Positions 9,148-15,958 of a DNA stretch of 50,375 nt are shown here, one piece after another; positions within the stretch are counted from its first letter, which is position 1, and every line of letters begins with the position of its first letter. The position numbers and the translations under genes are program-made. This stretch comes from a virus. Lineage: Duplodnaviria > Heunggongvirae > Uroviricota > Caudoviricetes. Below the pieces are notes generated by a model. That model saw only the letters and a program-made list of their open reading frames with translations, did no database searches and was not told where the DNA came from. The stretch spans positions 64,001-114,375 of IMG/VR virus record IMGVR_UViG_3300012352_000310; one strand, written 5' to 3'.

Positions 9148-9160
9148 TTAAGTTGATATT

Positions 9161-9364
9161 CTCTACCCCGAAGGCGTAGAGGTTGCCGGTTACTTAATCC
9201 GGCGCTGACTTACGGCGCAGCAGTGTAATTACGCCTGTAGCTTACGGCTACTACTCGGACGCCTGAAACTATCCTAAGACAGTTTCTAACCGGTAACGCC
9301 TAACGGGCCCTAAGGTGGGTTTAGTGGCACATTTAACGACGTGCCAAGTCATCCAGTTATGGAT
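9161..9364 (-). ncRNA. putative structured non-coding RNA / long structured leader (7-8 hairpins, multiway junction)
   Basis: Dense inverted repeats at 9351-9364, 9326-9345, 9308-9319, 9265-9286, 9237-9251, 9202-9218 and 9161-9181 (cUUCGg loop); long-range helix CCGGUUA/UAACCGG; three AGGCGU motifs; no ORF. Confidence 0.65.
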
Positions 9365-9555
9365 TATTCTGCAGCGCCTTCAGCTTGCTTTGCAGCAGCT
9401 TCGGCTTGTGCTAGCGCGGCCGCCTGTGGCGCACCTTGCTCTTGAATCTTGTTAATCACAGAAGCAACTGCTTCAAATGGTTGTTTACCCAAGGAACCAA
9501 GAATAATGTTAACTTCATTCACAGTCAGTTCAAGCTTGATCATGTATTTCTCCAA
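9364..9555 (-). CDS. small hypothetical protein (63 aa)
   Basis: GGAG SD; helical Ala/Gln-rich tail; directly follows regA. Confidence 0.7.
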   Translation of the reverse strand: MEKYMIKLELTVNEVNIILGSLGKQPFEAVASVINKIQEQGAPQAAALAQAEAAAKQAEGAAE

Positions 9556-9558
9556 TAG

Positions 9559-9984
9559 TTAAGATGCGGCTTTCTTAGAGCCAATGTTATATTTGGCAAC
9601 GAGTTGCCATTCAGTTTTCTCTTTGAAAGAGACCACTTTAATCTGCGACAGAGCTGTTTGTGCTTCAGCTGCCGACGGATTATTTATCTTCAGAAGACCC
9701 CAGTCTTGCAGAAGTTTTGCAATAGTGTTACGACGCTCGATATCTCCAGTAGAGATATTTGCTTCTTTTCCGTCTAATGCAAACAATTCTTTAAAATGCA
9801 CGATGAAGTATCTACCTTGCTTATGCAAGATATGGCAAGATTGATACAAGGTTTTGTCTTTACGAGATGCTACTCCAATACGCGTGAGTGTTTCTCGTAC
9901 TTTTAAGAAATTGTCTGGTTCTGGAAGGATAATTTCCAGCATGGACTCTGGTGTCCAATCAAAGTAAATCAATTCAGTGTTCAT
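9559..9984 (-). CDS. regA: RegA translational repressor
   Basis: FLKVRETLTRIG...LYQSCHILHKQGRYFIVHFKELFALDG signature; follows gene 62. Confidence 0.97.
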   Translation of the reverse strand: MNTELIYFDWTPESMLEIILPEPDNFLKVRETLTRIGVASRKDKTLYQSCHILHKQGRYFIVHFKELFALDGKEANISTGDIERRNTIAKLLQDWGLLKINNPSAAEAQTALSQIKVVSFKEKTEWQLVAKYNIGSKKAAS

Positions 9985-10019
9985 GTCACTTCCTAGTTAT
10001 TATAAAGGGTAACTGAATT

Positions 10020-10027
10020 TATTTATA
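10020..10027 (-). promoter_or_regulatory. T4-type late promoter TATAAATA upstream of regA
   Basis: Exact consensus in the 62-regA intergenic gap. Confidence 0.7.
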
Positions 10028-10035
10028 CATCTAAA

Positions 10036-10416
10036 TTACTTGCCGCCTGTATTGTACGCTGCGCGGAGTTCACTTATCTGCGTTTCACTAAGCAATTCTA
10101 GTGCTTCTGCAGCACGTGATGCTGAGTACTCATACGCTTGCATAATAATCTTCAAGTCATCAGAATTTTGATCTTTCTTATGCCACTTTGAGAAACGCTT
10201 CTTCGGTTTAACTGATTTCATATAGAACGCAAACTGCCAGTCTTTTGGGATGCTTGCATACTTATTCATTTCGTTGGCATAGAAAATCGTATCAGGAAAA
10301 TACGATAGACCACGGTTAATCATGAAAGGAACGTAGTCCTTTTCGGATTGAGGATCTTCTTTTAGTAGATCCTTCTTAGTAGTATTGATGGCATTAAGGA
10401 AGTCGAAGAAGCTCAT
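10036..10416 (-). CDS. 62: clamp loader small subunit gp62
   Basis: FDFLNAIN...YVPFMINRGLSYFPDT...KKRFSKWHK; located between 44 and regA. Confidence 0.92.
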   Translation of the reverse strand: MSFFDFLNAINTTKKDLLKEDPQSEKDYVPFMINRGLSYFPDTIFYANEMNKYASIPKDWQFAFYMKSVKPKKRFSKWHKKDQNSDDLKIIMQAYEYSASRAAEALELLSETQISELRAAYNTGGK

Positions 10417-10727
10417 AGTGTATCAAACAATGCAAAGTGTTCTTTCTTGATCATCACAGTCTTTTCAGAGAAGTGGGTTTCAAGATACTTAAGAAGCTCT
10501 TCTTTACTCTTTACTTGAGTGATGAATGCTCCTGTAAGAGTATTATACACATAGTAGCTATCTTTTTCCTTCATAATTTCGACGTTTATAATGTCGTCTT
10601 TAGAAGCAGCATTATCAGATTGTTTGAAATACTTTTCGATCACAAACCTAGCGTATCTTTCGCGAGATCTCCAACCGATAACAATTCCAAGTGCTACACA
10701 TACTACAGCAATTACAAATTCAGTCAT
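10413..10727 (-). CDS. hypothetical membrane-anchored protein
   Basis: Start MTEFVIAVVCVALGIVIGW (single N-terminal TM helix); overlaps both neighbouring genes. Confidence 0.65.
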   Translation of the reverse strand: MTEFVIAVVCVALGIVIGWRSRERYARFVIEKYFKQSDNAASKDDIINVEIMKEKDSYYVYNTLTGAFITQVKSKEELLKYLETHFSEKTVMIKKEHFALFDTL

Positions 10728-11115
10728 GTTTGCCTTCAGTGTAATATTGATCTGTAACGTCTTTAACGTCTTCTTCAGTAAGACCATTCATAGACATCCA
10801 ACGTCCCCAAACATACATAGCATCACCGTTGTAGCCAGGATGACCTAACAATTCGTAGATTCTGCCTGAGCGAGTGACACCTCGCTTAGTTTCTGGGTCG
10901 TATGTTTGTACAGCAGAGCATACTCGACCTTCCCAGTCAGCACGACCAACAAAGTGAATATCTTTATCTTGTACTAACATAACTCGCCACTGAAGCAGAC
11001 GAGTCTGAGGCTCTTGTTCTACAGATTTGGGACGCCAAATTGAAGTCGCTTCAATCAATTCAGCAAGCTTAGCAAGGTCTACTGGGTTACCAGCTTGATC
11101 TCTAAATTCACTCAT
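10720..11115 (-). CDS. conserved hypothetical protein
   Basis: 131-aa ORF with HFVG...GRVCS...RGVTRSGRIYELLG; inserted between 44 and 62. Confidence 0.7.
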   Translation of the reverse strand: MSEFRDQAGNPVDLAKLAELIEATSIWRPKSVEQEPQTRLLQWRVMLVQDKDIHFVGRADWEGRVCSAVQTYDPETKRGVTRSGRIYELLGHPGYNGDAMYVWGRWMSMNGLTEEDVKDVTDQYYTEGKHD

Positions 11116-11122
11116 AATATTC

Positions 11123-12061
11123 TCACTTAAACTTAAGTTGGCCCATGATTTCAGTTAGGGCAGCCATAGTATTGATTTCACGGTCAGCGACGAAAGCTGC
11201 TCGGTACTGGTACTCAGCAAGAATTAGAACTAGCTGAGGAATACTGCCAGTCTCAATATAGTCTACAGCTTTGTCATACAACTTGCGAAACAGTTCAGTA
11301 GATTCAGTGTCAGAATTCTTGCCAACCCATTTGCGAACTTCAGTAAAGTTCTTACCTTTCAGGTCTTTTACCAACTGAACATAGGACTCTTCACCAAGGT
11401 TTACAAGAAGTCCGGCATCGATCTTGCCAGACACTGAGTATCGCTGAAGTTCATTTAGGATACGACGATAGTCTGGAAAATGCTTTGCAACTAGCTCTGC
11501 AACTACTTGCTGATCATACTCAATCTTCTCAGTCTTCAGAATACTAATGACACGCTTAAAGAATTGAGCCATGATCTTAGGCTTATCGCTGTTCTCAATC
11601 TTAAACTCTACAACAGCACAACGTGAGTGCAGAGGTTCAATGATTCGATTCTTAAAGTTGCAAGTGAAGATGAATCGGCAGTTGTTAGAAAATTCCTCGA
11701 TGAAGCCGCGAAGCGCAGGTTGAGTGGAATTGGGATTAAGATAATCCGCCTCATCGAGGATAACAACCTTTTTAGAATCTGTCAGAGAAACAGAAGATGC
11801 GAAGTTTTTGATCTTGCTACGTAGAACATCGATACCGGATTCTTCGGAACCGTTAATGAAAAGATATTCTGCACCAACTTCGTTACACAAAGCTTTTGCA
11901 ACGGTAGTCTTACCAACTCCAGCTCCACCTGCGAACAGGAAGTTCGGCAGTTCACCGGAGTCAATAAACTGCTTGAAAGTCTTCTTCATAGACTCAGGCA
12001 GAATACAATCATCGATAGTTTGAGGGCGGTACTTTTCAACAAACAAATATTGGTCACTCAT
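11123..12061 (-). CDS. 44: clamp loader large subunit gp44 (RFC-like AAA+)
   Basis: EKYRP, GGAGVGKTT, ILDEAD and the SRC motif (LHSRC). Confidence 0.97.
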   Translation of the reverse strand: MSDQYLFVEKYRPQTIDDCILPESMKKTFKQFIDSGELPNFLFAGGAGVGKTTVAKALCNEVGAEYLFINGSEESGIDVLRSKIKNFASSVSLTDSKKVVILDEADYLNPNSTQPALRGFIEEFSNNCRFIFTCNFKNRIIEPLHSRCAVVEFKIENSDKPKIMAQFFKRVISILKTEKIEYDQQVVAELVAKHFPDYRRILNELQRYSVSGKIDAGLLVNLGEESYVQLVKDLKGKNFTEVRKWVGKNSDTESTELFRKLYDKAVDYIETGSIPQLVLILAEYQYRAAFVADREINTMAALTEIMGQLKFK

Positions 12062-12085
12062 TACTTAACTCCATCACAAAGATAT

Positions 12086-12114
12086 ATTATACCACAAACT
12101 CAGATGAGTGTACA
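12086..12114 (-). promoter_or_regulatory. sigma70-like early/middle promoter TGTACA-N17-TATAAT upstream of 44
   Basis: Same motif and spacing as the other intergenic copies listed here. Confidence 0.75.
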
Positions 12115-12116
12115 CA

Positions 12117-12776
12117 TTAAAATTCAGAATCTGCTTCAATAGCTACGTAGTAAGTCAGATCACCTGTAGGACTCTTGAATCGGCTGATCTTCTTGCTAGA
12201 GATCGCAACTTCATAATCACCAGGTAGCATCTTCAGGTTTTCAATCTTAAGATTAGCTTTGAATGTTTCTTCGGTAGCGCCAATTTCAACTTCATAGGCG
12301 TTGGAGGTCGCATTCTTCTTATCAGAAACAATAACTTTTAGAACACCATCTGCACCAGCAATAGTAACGTCACCAGCTTTCAGAGCAGAAGAAGTCTTGC
12401 GGATCATTTCCAATGCAGCCGAATCAAGCGAAAACTCGACGTCAGGGCTTGGGAACTTGATAGTCGTTGGAGCAGCTTTTACGATACCTTCACCTGCAGC
12501 AAAATACTTGATCTTTGCTTTACCACCATCACTAATGGTAACATACTTATCATGGAAGTCCAGAACAGTGTTTTGGAAGATACCAACTGCACCAAGGAAT
12601 TCGTTCAGATCGTAGATGCCGAAGTCTGAAGTAAAGTTTTCAGTGATGGTTGCTTGTGCCATAACGTTCTTGCCTTCACTGATAGTTGCAAGAATGTTAC
12701 CCTCTTTGAGCATGATAGAACCGTTGATACCGGCAAAATTGCGAATGAGTGTGAGTGTTTCTTTCGATAGATTCAT
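12117..12776 (-). CDS. 45: sliding clamp gp45
   Basis: MNLSKETLTLIRNFAGINGSIML...FGIYDLNEFL...YYVAIEADS; directly upstream of 44. Confidence 0.96.
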   Translation of the reverse strand: MNLSKETLTLIRNFAGINGSIMLKEGNILATISEGKNVMAQATITENFTSDFGIYDLNEFLGAVGIFQNTVLDFHDKYVTISDGGKAKIKYFAAGEGIVKAAPTTIKFPSPDVEFSLDSAALEMIRKTSSALKAGDVTIAGADGVLKVIVSDKKNATSNAYEVEIGATEETFKANLKIENLKMLPGDYEVAISSKKISRFKSPTGDLTYYVAIEADSEF

Positions 12777-12785
12777 AATATTTCC

Positions 12786-13181
12786 TTAGACTAGTTTTCC
12801 AACTGTTTCAATCAGTGTAATATCTGACTGTTTAATTGGTGCGATGCGGTTGAGTTGTAGAGTTGCGTTACGTGTGTATGGAAATTCACGCAATTCAAGG
12901 TTATCTTTTTGTGCAGAGAAACTACCGTCTTTCCACGACCATTTCTTTTCAGTACCTTTATAGTACCACTCACGGCCAATTTCTTGTACCTCAAGTTTTA
13001 CTTTCTTCTGCTTTGTGCCATTCCAGCTGTCGTCACTCTCGATATAACCAAGATATTTGGCTTTGTATACGCTGACGTTATGAGAATAACCAGTAGTCAC
13101 AGCCATGACTAAGTCACCAACATTGACCGTACCGAAGTCGTTGGTGAAAGGTGCTTGAATGATTTGCTTTTTAACTGTCAT
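12786..13181 (-). CDS. hypothetical protein
   Basis: 131-aa ORF in operon context with an ATGA-type overlap. Confidence 0.7.
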   Translation of the reverse strand: MTVKKQIIQAPFTNDFGTVNVGDLVMAVTTGYSHNVSVYKAKYLGYIESDDSWNGTKQKKVKLEVQEIGREWYYKGTEKKWSWKDGSFSAQKDNLELREFPYTRNATLQLNRIAPIKQSDITLIETVGKLV

Positions 13182-13558
13182 TTCTTATCCTTGACATAAG
13201 ATTGAAATTCTTTGCAAAGCTTTTCATGCTGAGCTTCGCTGCAATATAAAGTCCACTCTTTTACTAGACTCTGCTTCTTATCATCTTCGTAATCATTGTT
13301 TAGAAGATATCCGATGACAGTCGACACTTCGGCATTTCGATAGATACGCTCAATAGAAAATGCATTCATCGTTTTCCAATCGATTGCAACAGTGCTGTCT
13401 CGAGTAGCGTGATGAATGGATTCTAGTTGAGAAGTCTTTACTTGAAGTTGAGTCTCGTTTTGGCTAAGCTTAAGCTTTAAAGAGTCTACTTCAGCTTGAA
13501 GTTCATTGATTCGCTGATTGTCTTCAACTTTCTCAATGATAGTCTTGAATGGCCACAT
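13178..13558 (-). CDS. hypothetical protein with N-terminal coiled coil
   Basis: 126-aa ORF with AAGGA SD; heptad-like stretch INELQAEVDSLKLKL. Confidence 0.7.
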   Translation of the reverse strand: MWPFKTIIEKVEDNQRINELQAEVDSLKLKLSQNETQLQVKTSQLESIHHATRDSTVAIDWKTMNAFSIERIYRNAEVSTVIGYLLNNDYEDDKKQSLVKEWTLYCSEAQHEKLCKEFQSYVKDKK

Positions 13559-13573
13559 AATATAGTCCTTGAT

Positions 13574-13867
13574 TTAGGTTGGATTGTAAGGCTTCAATCT
13601 ATTCATCTGCATTCTGTAGATAACTAGATAGCCCAACAGATCATGGATAACATCTTCACCAGCAGCTTGGCCGCGTGCTAGTCGAGATAGTTTATCATCG
13701 ATTCGAACCTTGAGTTGTTCAAGGGGATCTGCCTTCGAAAAGATTCGCACTGGGTTGAGTGCTGCATCACCATAAGCAGCATTCTTTTGGATGAGCATGT
13801 CACCCACTTCTTTAAGAACTGTTTCTAGTTCTGTCTTAAAACGTTCTTGTTCTGTTAAGATCTTCAT
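13574..13867 (-). CDS. DUF1599 / nucleotide-modification-associated domain 1-like protein
   Basis: KNAAYGDA...RIDDKLSRL...DLLGYLVI pattern. Confidence 0.7.
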   Translation of the reverse strand: MKILTEQERFKTELETVLKEVGDMLIQKNAAYGDAALNPVRIFSKADPLEQLKVRIDDKLSRLARGQAAGEDVIHDLLGYLVIYRMQMNRLKPYNPT

Positions 13868-13879
13868 TGCTTCTCCATG

Positions 13880-13914
13880 AAAAAAGTCCGGGTACTTATA
13901 TTATACCCGGACTT
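13880..13914 (-). terminator. Rho-independent terminator
   Basis: 11-bp stem AAGUCCGGGUA/UACCCGGACUU followed by UUUU. Confidence 0.8.
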
Positions 13915-13928
13915 CTTCCAAGTGTACA
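13900..13928 (-). promoter_or_regulatory. sigma70-like promoter TGTACA-N17-TATAAT embedded in the terminator
   Basis: Exact motif and 17-bp spacer. Confidence 0.75.
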
Positions 13929-13934
13929 ATCAAA

Positions 13935-14180
13935 TTAAGCGAATGCGCCCAATGCATGAAGTGCCGCTACCATAGCTTTGGTAGGTTGGCCAACACGGTA
14001 CTTAGTTGTAGTGGTGCCGTCAGACAAAGTTGCCTTATTAGCATAGATACACACACCAGCAGAACGCAGGTTGTGAATTGCTGCAGTTGGATTCTGCAAA
14101 CCAAACATACGTTGGATTTGCTTAGGGGTTGCAGTGTTGCCAGATGCCAGATACTTTTCTAGCTTGCTCAGTTTATTCAT
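13935..14180 (-). CDS. small winged-HTH DNA-binding protein
   Basis: ATPKQIQRMFGLQNPTAAIHNLRSAG helix-turn-helix pattern. Start MNKLSK after a GGAG SD. Confidence 0.7.
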   Translation of the reverse strand: MNKLSKLEKYLASGNTATPKQIQRMFGLQNPTAAIHNLRSAGVCIYANKATLSDGTTTTKYRVGQPTKAMVAALHALGAFA

Positions 14181-14196
14181 ATGATCTCCATAATAT

Positions 14197-14242
14197 GCCA
14201 TCGCGAAAAGCCGACTAGAGCGATGGCGTTACTCTAGTCAGC
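14197..14242 (-). promoter_or_regulatory. overlapping stems (terminator-like hairpin plus loop-downstream pairing; possible pseudoknot or switch)
   Basis: Stem 1 GCUGACUAGAG/CUCUAGUCGGC followed by UUUU; its loop sequence GCCAUCG is complementary to the downstream CGAUGGC. Confidence 0.55.
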
Positions 14243-14251
14243 GAATTTGTA

Positions 14252-14587
14252 TTAAGCTTCGATGCCAGCTTCACGCAACTCGGCGAGAAACTCTTCATCT
14301 TCAACTGTAGTTTGAGCGGTACGCTTTGCAATAGCGTCAATCACGCTGTCGTTGGTAACGTTTGGCGCAGGGAATACATAGACTCCACGTGCGACTTTAG
14401 GACCTTTCACCAGCCACATAGGGTAACCCATCTTCTCTCCGCCGCTATCACGCTTTTCATACAGCTTGAAGAACAATTCTTCTACTTCTGGTCGTGTGAT
14501 GGAAGTTGCGTTTGCAAGTTCAGGACGGATCTCGATGAATGCATCAATGATACGCTTTTGAGTTTTGTTGAGGTCTTTGTAGTTCAT
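14252..14587 (-). CDS. hypothetical protein (possible DNA-binding)
   Basis: 111-aa ORF with AAGGA SD, downstream of the AAA gene. Confidence 0.7.
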   Translation of the reverse strand: MNYKDLNKTQKRIIDAFIEIRPELANATSITRPEVEELFFKLYEKRDSGGEKMGYPMWLVKGPKVARGVYVFPAPNVTNDSVIDAIAKRTAQTTVEDEEFLAELREAGIEA

Positions 14588-14607
14588 AATGTAATTTCCT
14601 TTGTTAA

Positions 14608-15783
14608 TTAAAACGGGATTTCGTCAGTGAATTCCGAAGTATGGTTAGATTTTACCACAGCTTCCGGCTTTTGTACAGGTTCATTTGAAATTTTATCGAA
14701 CAGATCAATGAACGCGGTACGAGTGATGTCGTCAAAACGGTTGCAGCAGAGTTCGACAGCTTTCTTTTGATCTTTGAAGATCGAGAATGCTCGAACAACG
14801 TGTGTCAGACGACGAGTAGTGATGAGCTCATCAACACCGCCGTCTTCAAAAGTACGACGGATAGCATCAGCCCATTTGACAAGAGTCTCAGCGTACTCTG
14901 CATCAGCACAGCCATAGGACTCCATTAGATTCAAAACAATTTTCTTCTCAACACTTGCAGACGGATAGTCTTGGTTGAGTGTAACAGCGAAGCGTTCGAG
15001 GAAAGCTTCGTTCAGGATGTTCGTACCGATATAGCGGCCGTCATCAGAACCCTTACCTTTTGTGTTGGCAGTAGCAAACACGTTGAAACCCGGTGCAGGA
15101 ACGATCAACTCGTTCTTAAGCTTGAAGTAGAATGGTTTGCCTTCAAGGATGGGCTGCAGACATAGCAAAGTGTTAGCGCCGCCAGCATCGATTTCGTCAA
15201 GCAGTAGGGTAGAACCAGTACGCATAGCGATCAGCACAGGACCTTCGACGATCTGCACGTCACCATCGACTAGAGTTTTAGAACCAACGAGCTGTTCTTC
15301 GTCGGTCATCATGTTCAAGTTAACACGAATTAGAGGCTTTTTATTGTGAGCACATACTTGCTCTACCATAGTAGACTTACCGTTACCAGTCGGACCAGTA
15401 ATGTAAGCAGGGTAGAACATACCAGACTTCACAATCTGTTCTACGTCTTTATGGTTACCAAACGCAACATAGTTCTTGTCTTTAGCTGGGATCAGAGAAC
15501 GAACGTCGTCTTGTCCAGCAATGAACGTAGACTTTGGAGCGTTGTGAGAAGGCATAACAACCACGTTTTCTTTAGGAAGTGCAGCTAGAGCTGTGTTGCC
15601 AGAGATTGCGTAAAGACCGCGACCAATCTGGTTTTTAACTATGTGTGTTGGCCACTTATTAGTGCCAAGCTTTTCTCGAATCTCGACGATCTGCTTACGA
15701 GTCACTTGGCCAGTGGTTTTCGTATCAGGGAAAGTTTCAAACAACGCTTGGTCAAAAGCGTCTTGGAAGTCAATGTTGCTCAT
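14608..15783 (-). CDS. MoxR/CobS-like AAA+ ATPase
   Basis: Walker A GPTGNGKS, Walker B LLLDEID, ATANTKG and AFLERF. Start trimmed to MSNIDF. Confidence 0.92.
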   Translation of the reverse strand: MSNIDFQDAFDQALFETFPDTKTTGQVTRKQIVEIREKLGTNKWPTHIVKNQIGRGLYAISGNTALAALPKENVVVMPSHNAPKSTFIAGQDDVRSLIPAKDKNYVAFGNHKDVEQIVKSGMFYPAYITGPTGNGKSTMVEQVCAHNKKPLIRVNLNMMTDEEQLVGSKTLVDGDVQIVEGPVLIAMRTGSTLLLDEIDAGGANTLLCLQPILEGKPFYFKLKNELIVPAPGFNVFATANTKGKGSDDGRYIGTNILNEAFLERFAVTLNQDYPSASVEKKIVLNLMESYGCADAEYAETLVKWADAIRRTFEDGGVDELITTRRLTHVVRAFSIFKDQKKAVELCCNRFDDITRTAFIDLFDKISNEPVQKPEAVVKSNHTSEFTDEIPF

Positions 15784-15818
15784 AATGTAGAAGTTCCTTT
15801 TCAACAGTCTATGATAGT

Positions 15819-15847
15819 ATTATACCACGAAATTGATTTATTGTACA
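15819..15847 (-). promoter_or_regulatory. sigma70-like early promoter TGTACA-N17-TATAAT (copy 1 of the repeated cassette)
   Basis: Shares GATTTATTGTACAC with the copies at 18146 and 18367. Confidence 0.85.
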
Positions 15848-15958
15848 CAGTTAGTCAAAAATCTTTTAAGATGTATCAAAAAGTGTACAGTTTTGAAGTT
15901 TAAGTGCACTCAGATGGATTCTCTGGCTCTAGATGGGGATCTACCCATCTAAAACCAC

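Noticed and set aside
15903-15955. Hairpin UAGAUGGG/CCCAUCUA after the vWA gene, with an alternative CCAUCUG partner
   Set aside because: No U-tract and only a short alternative match; too weak to call a terminator or a switch.
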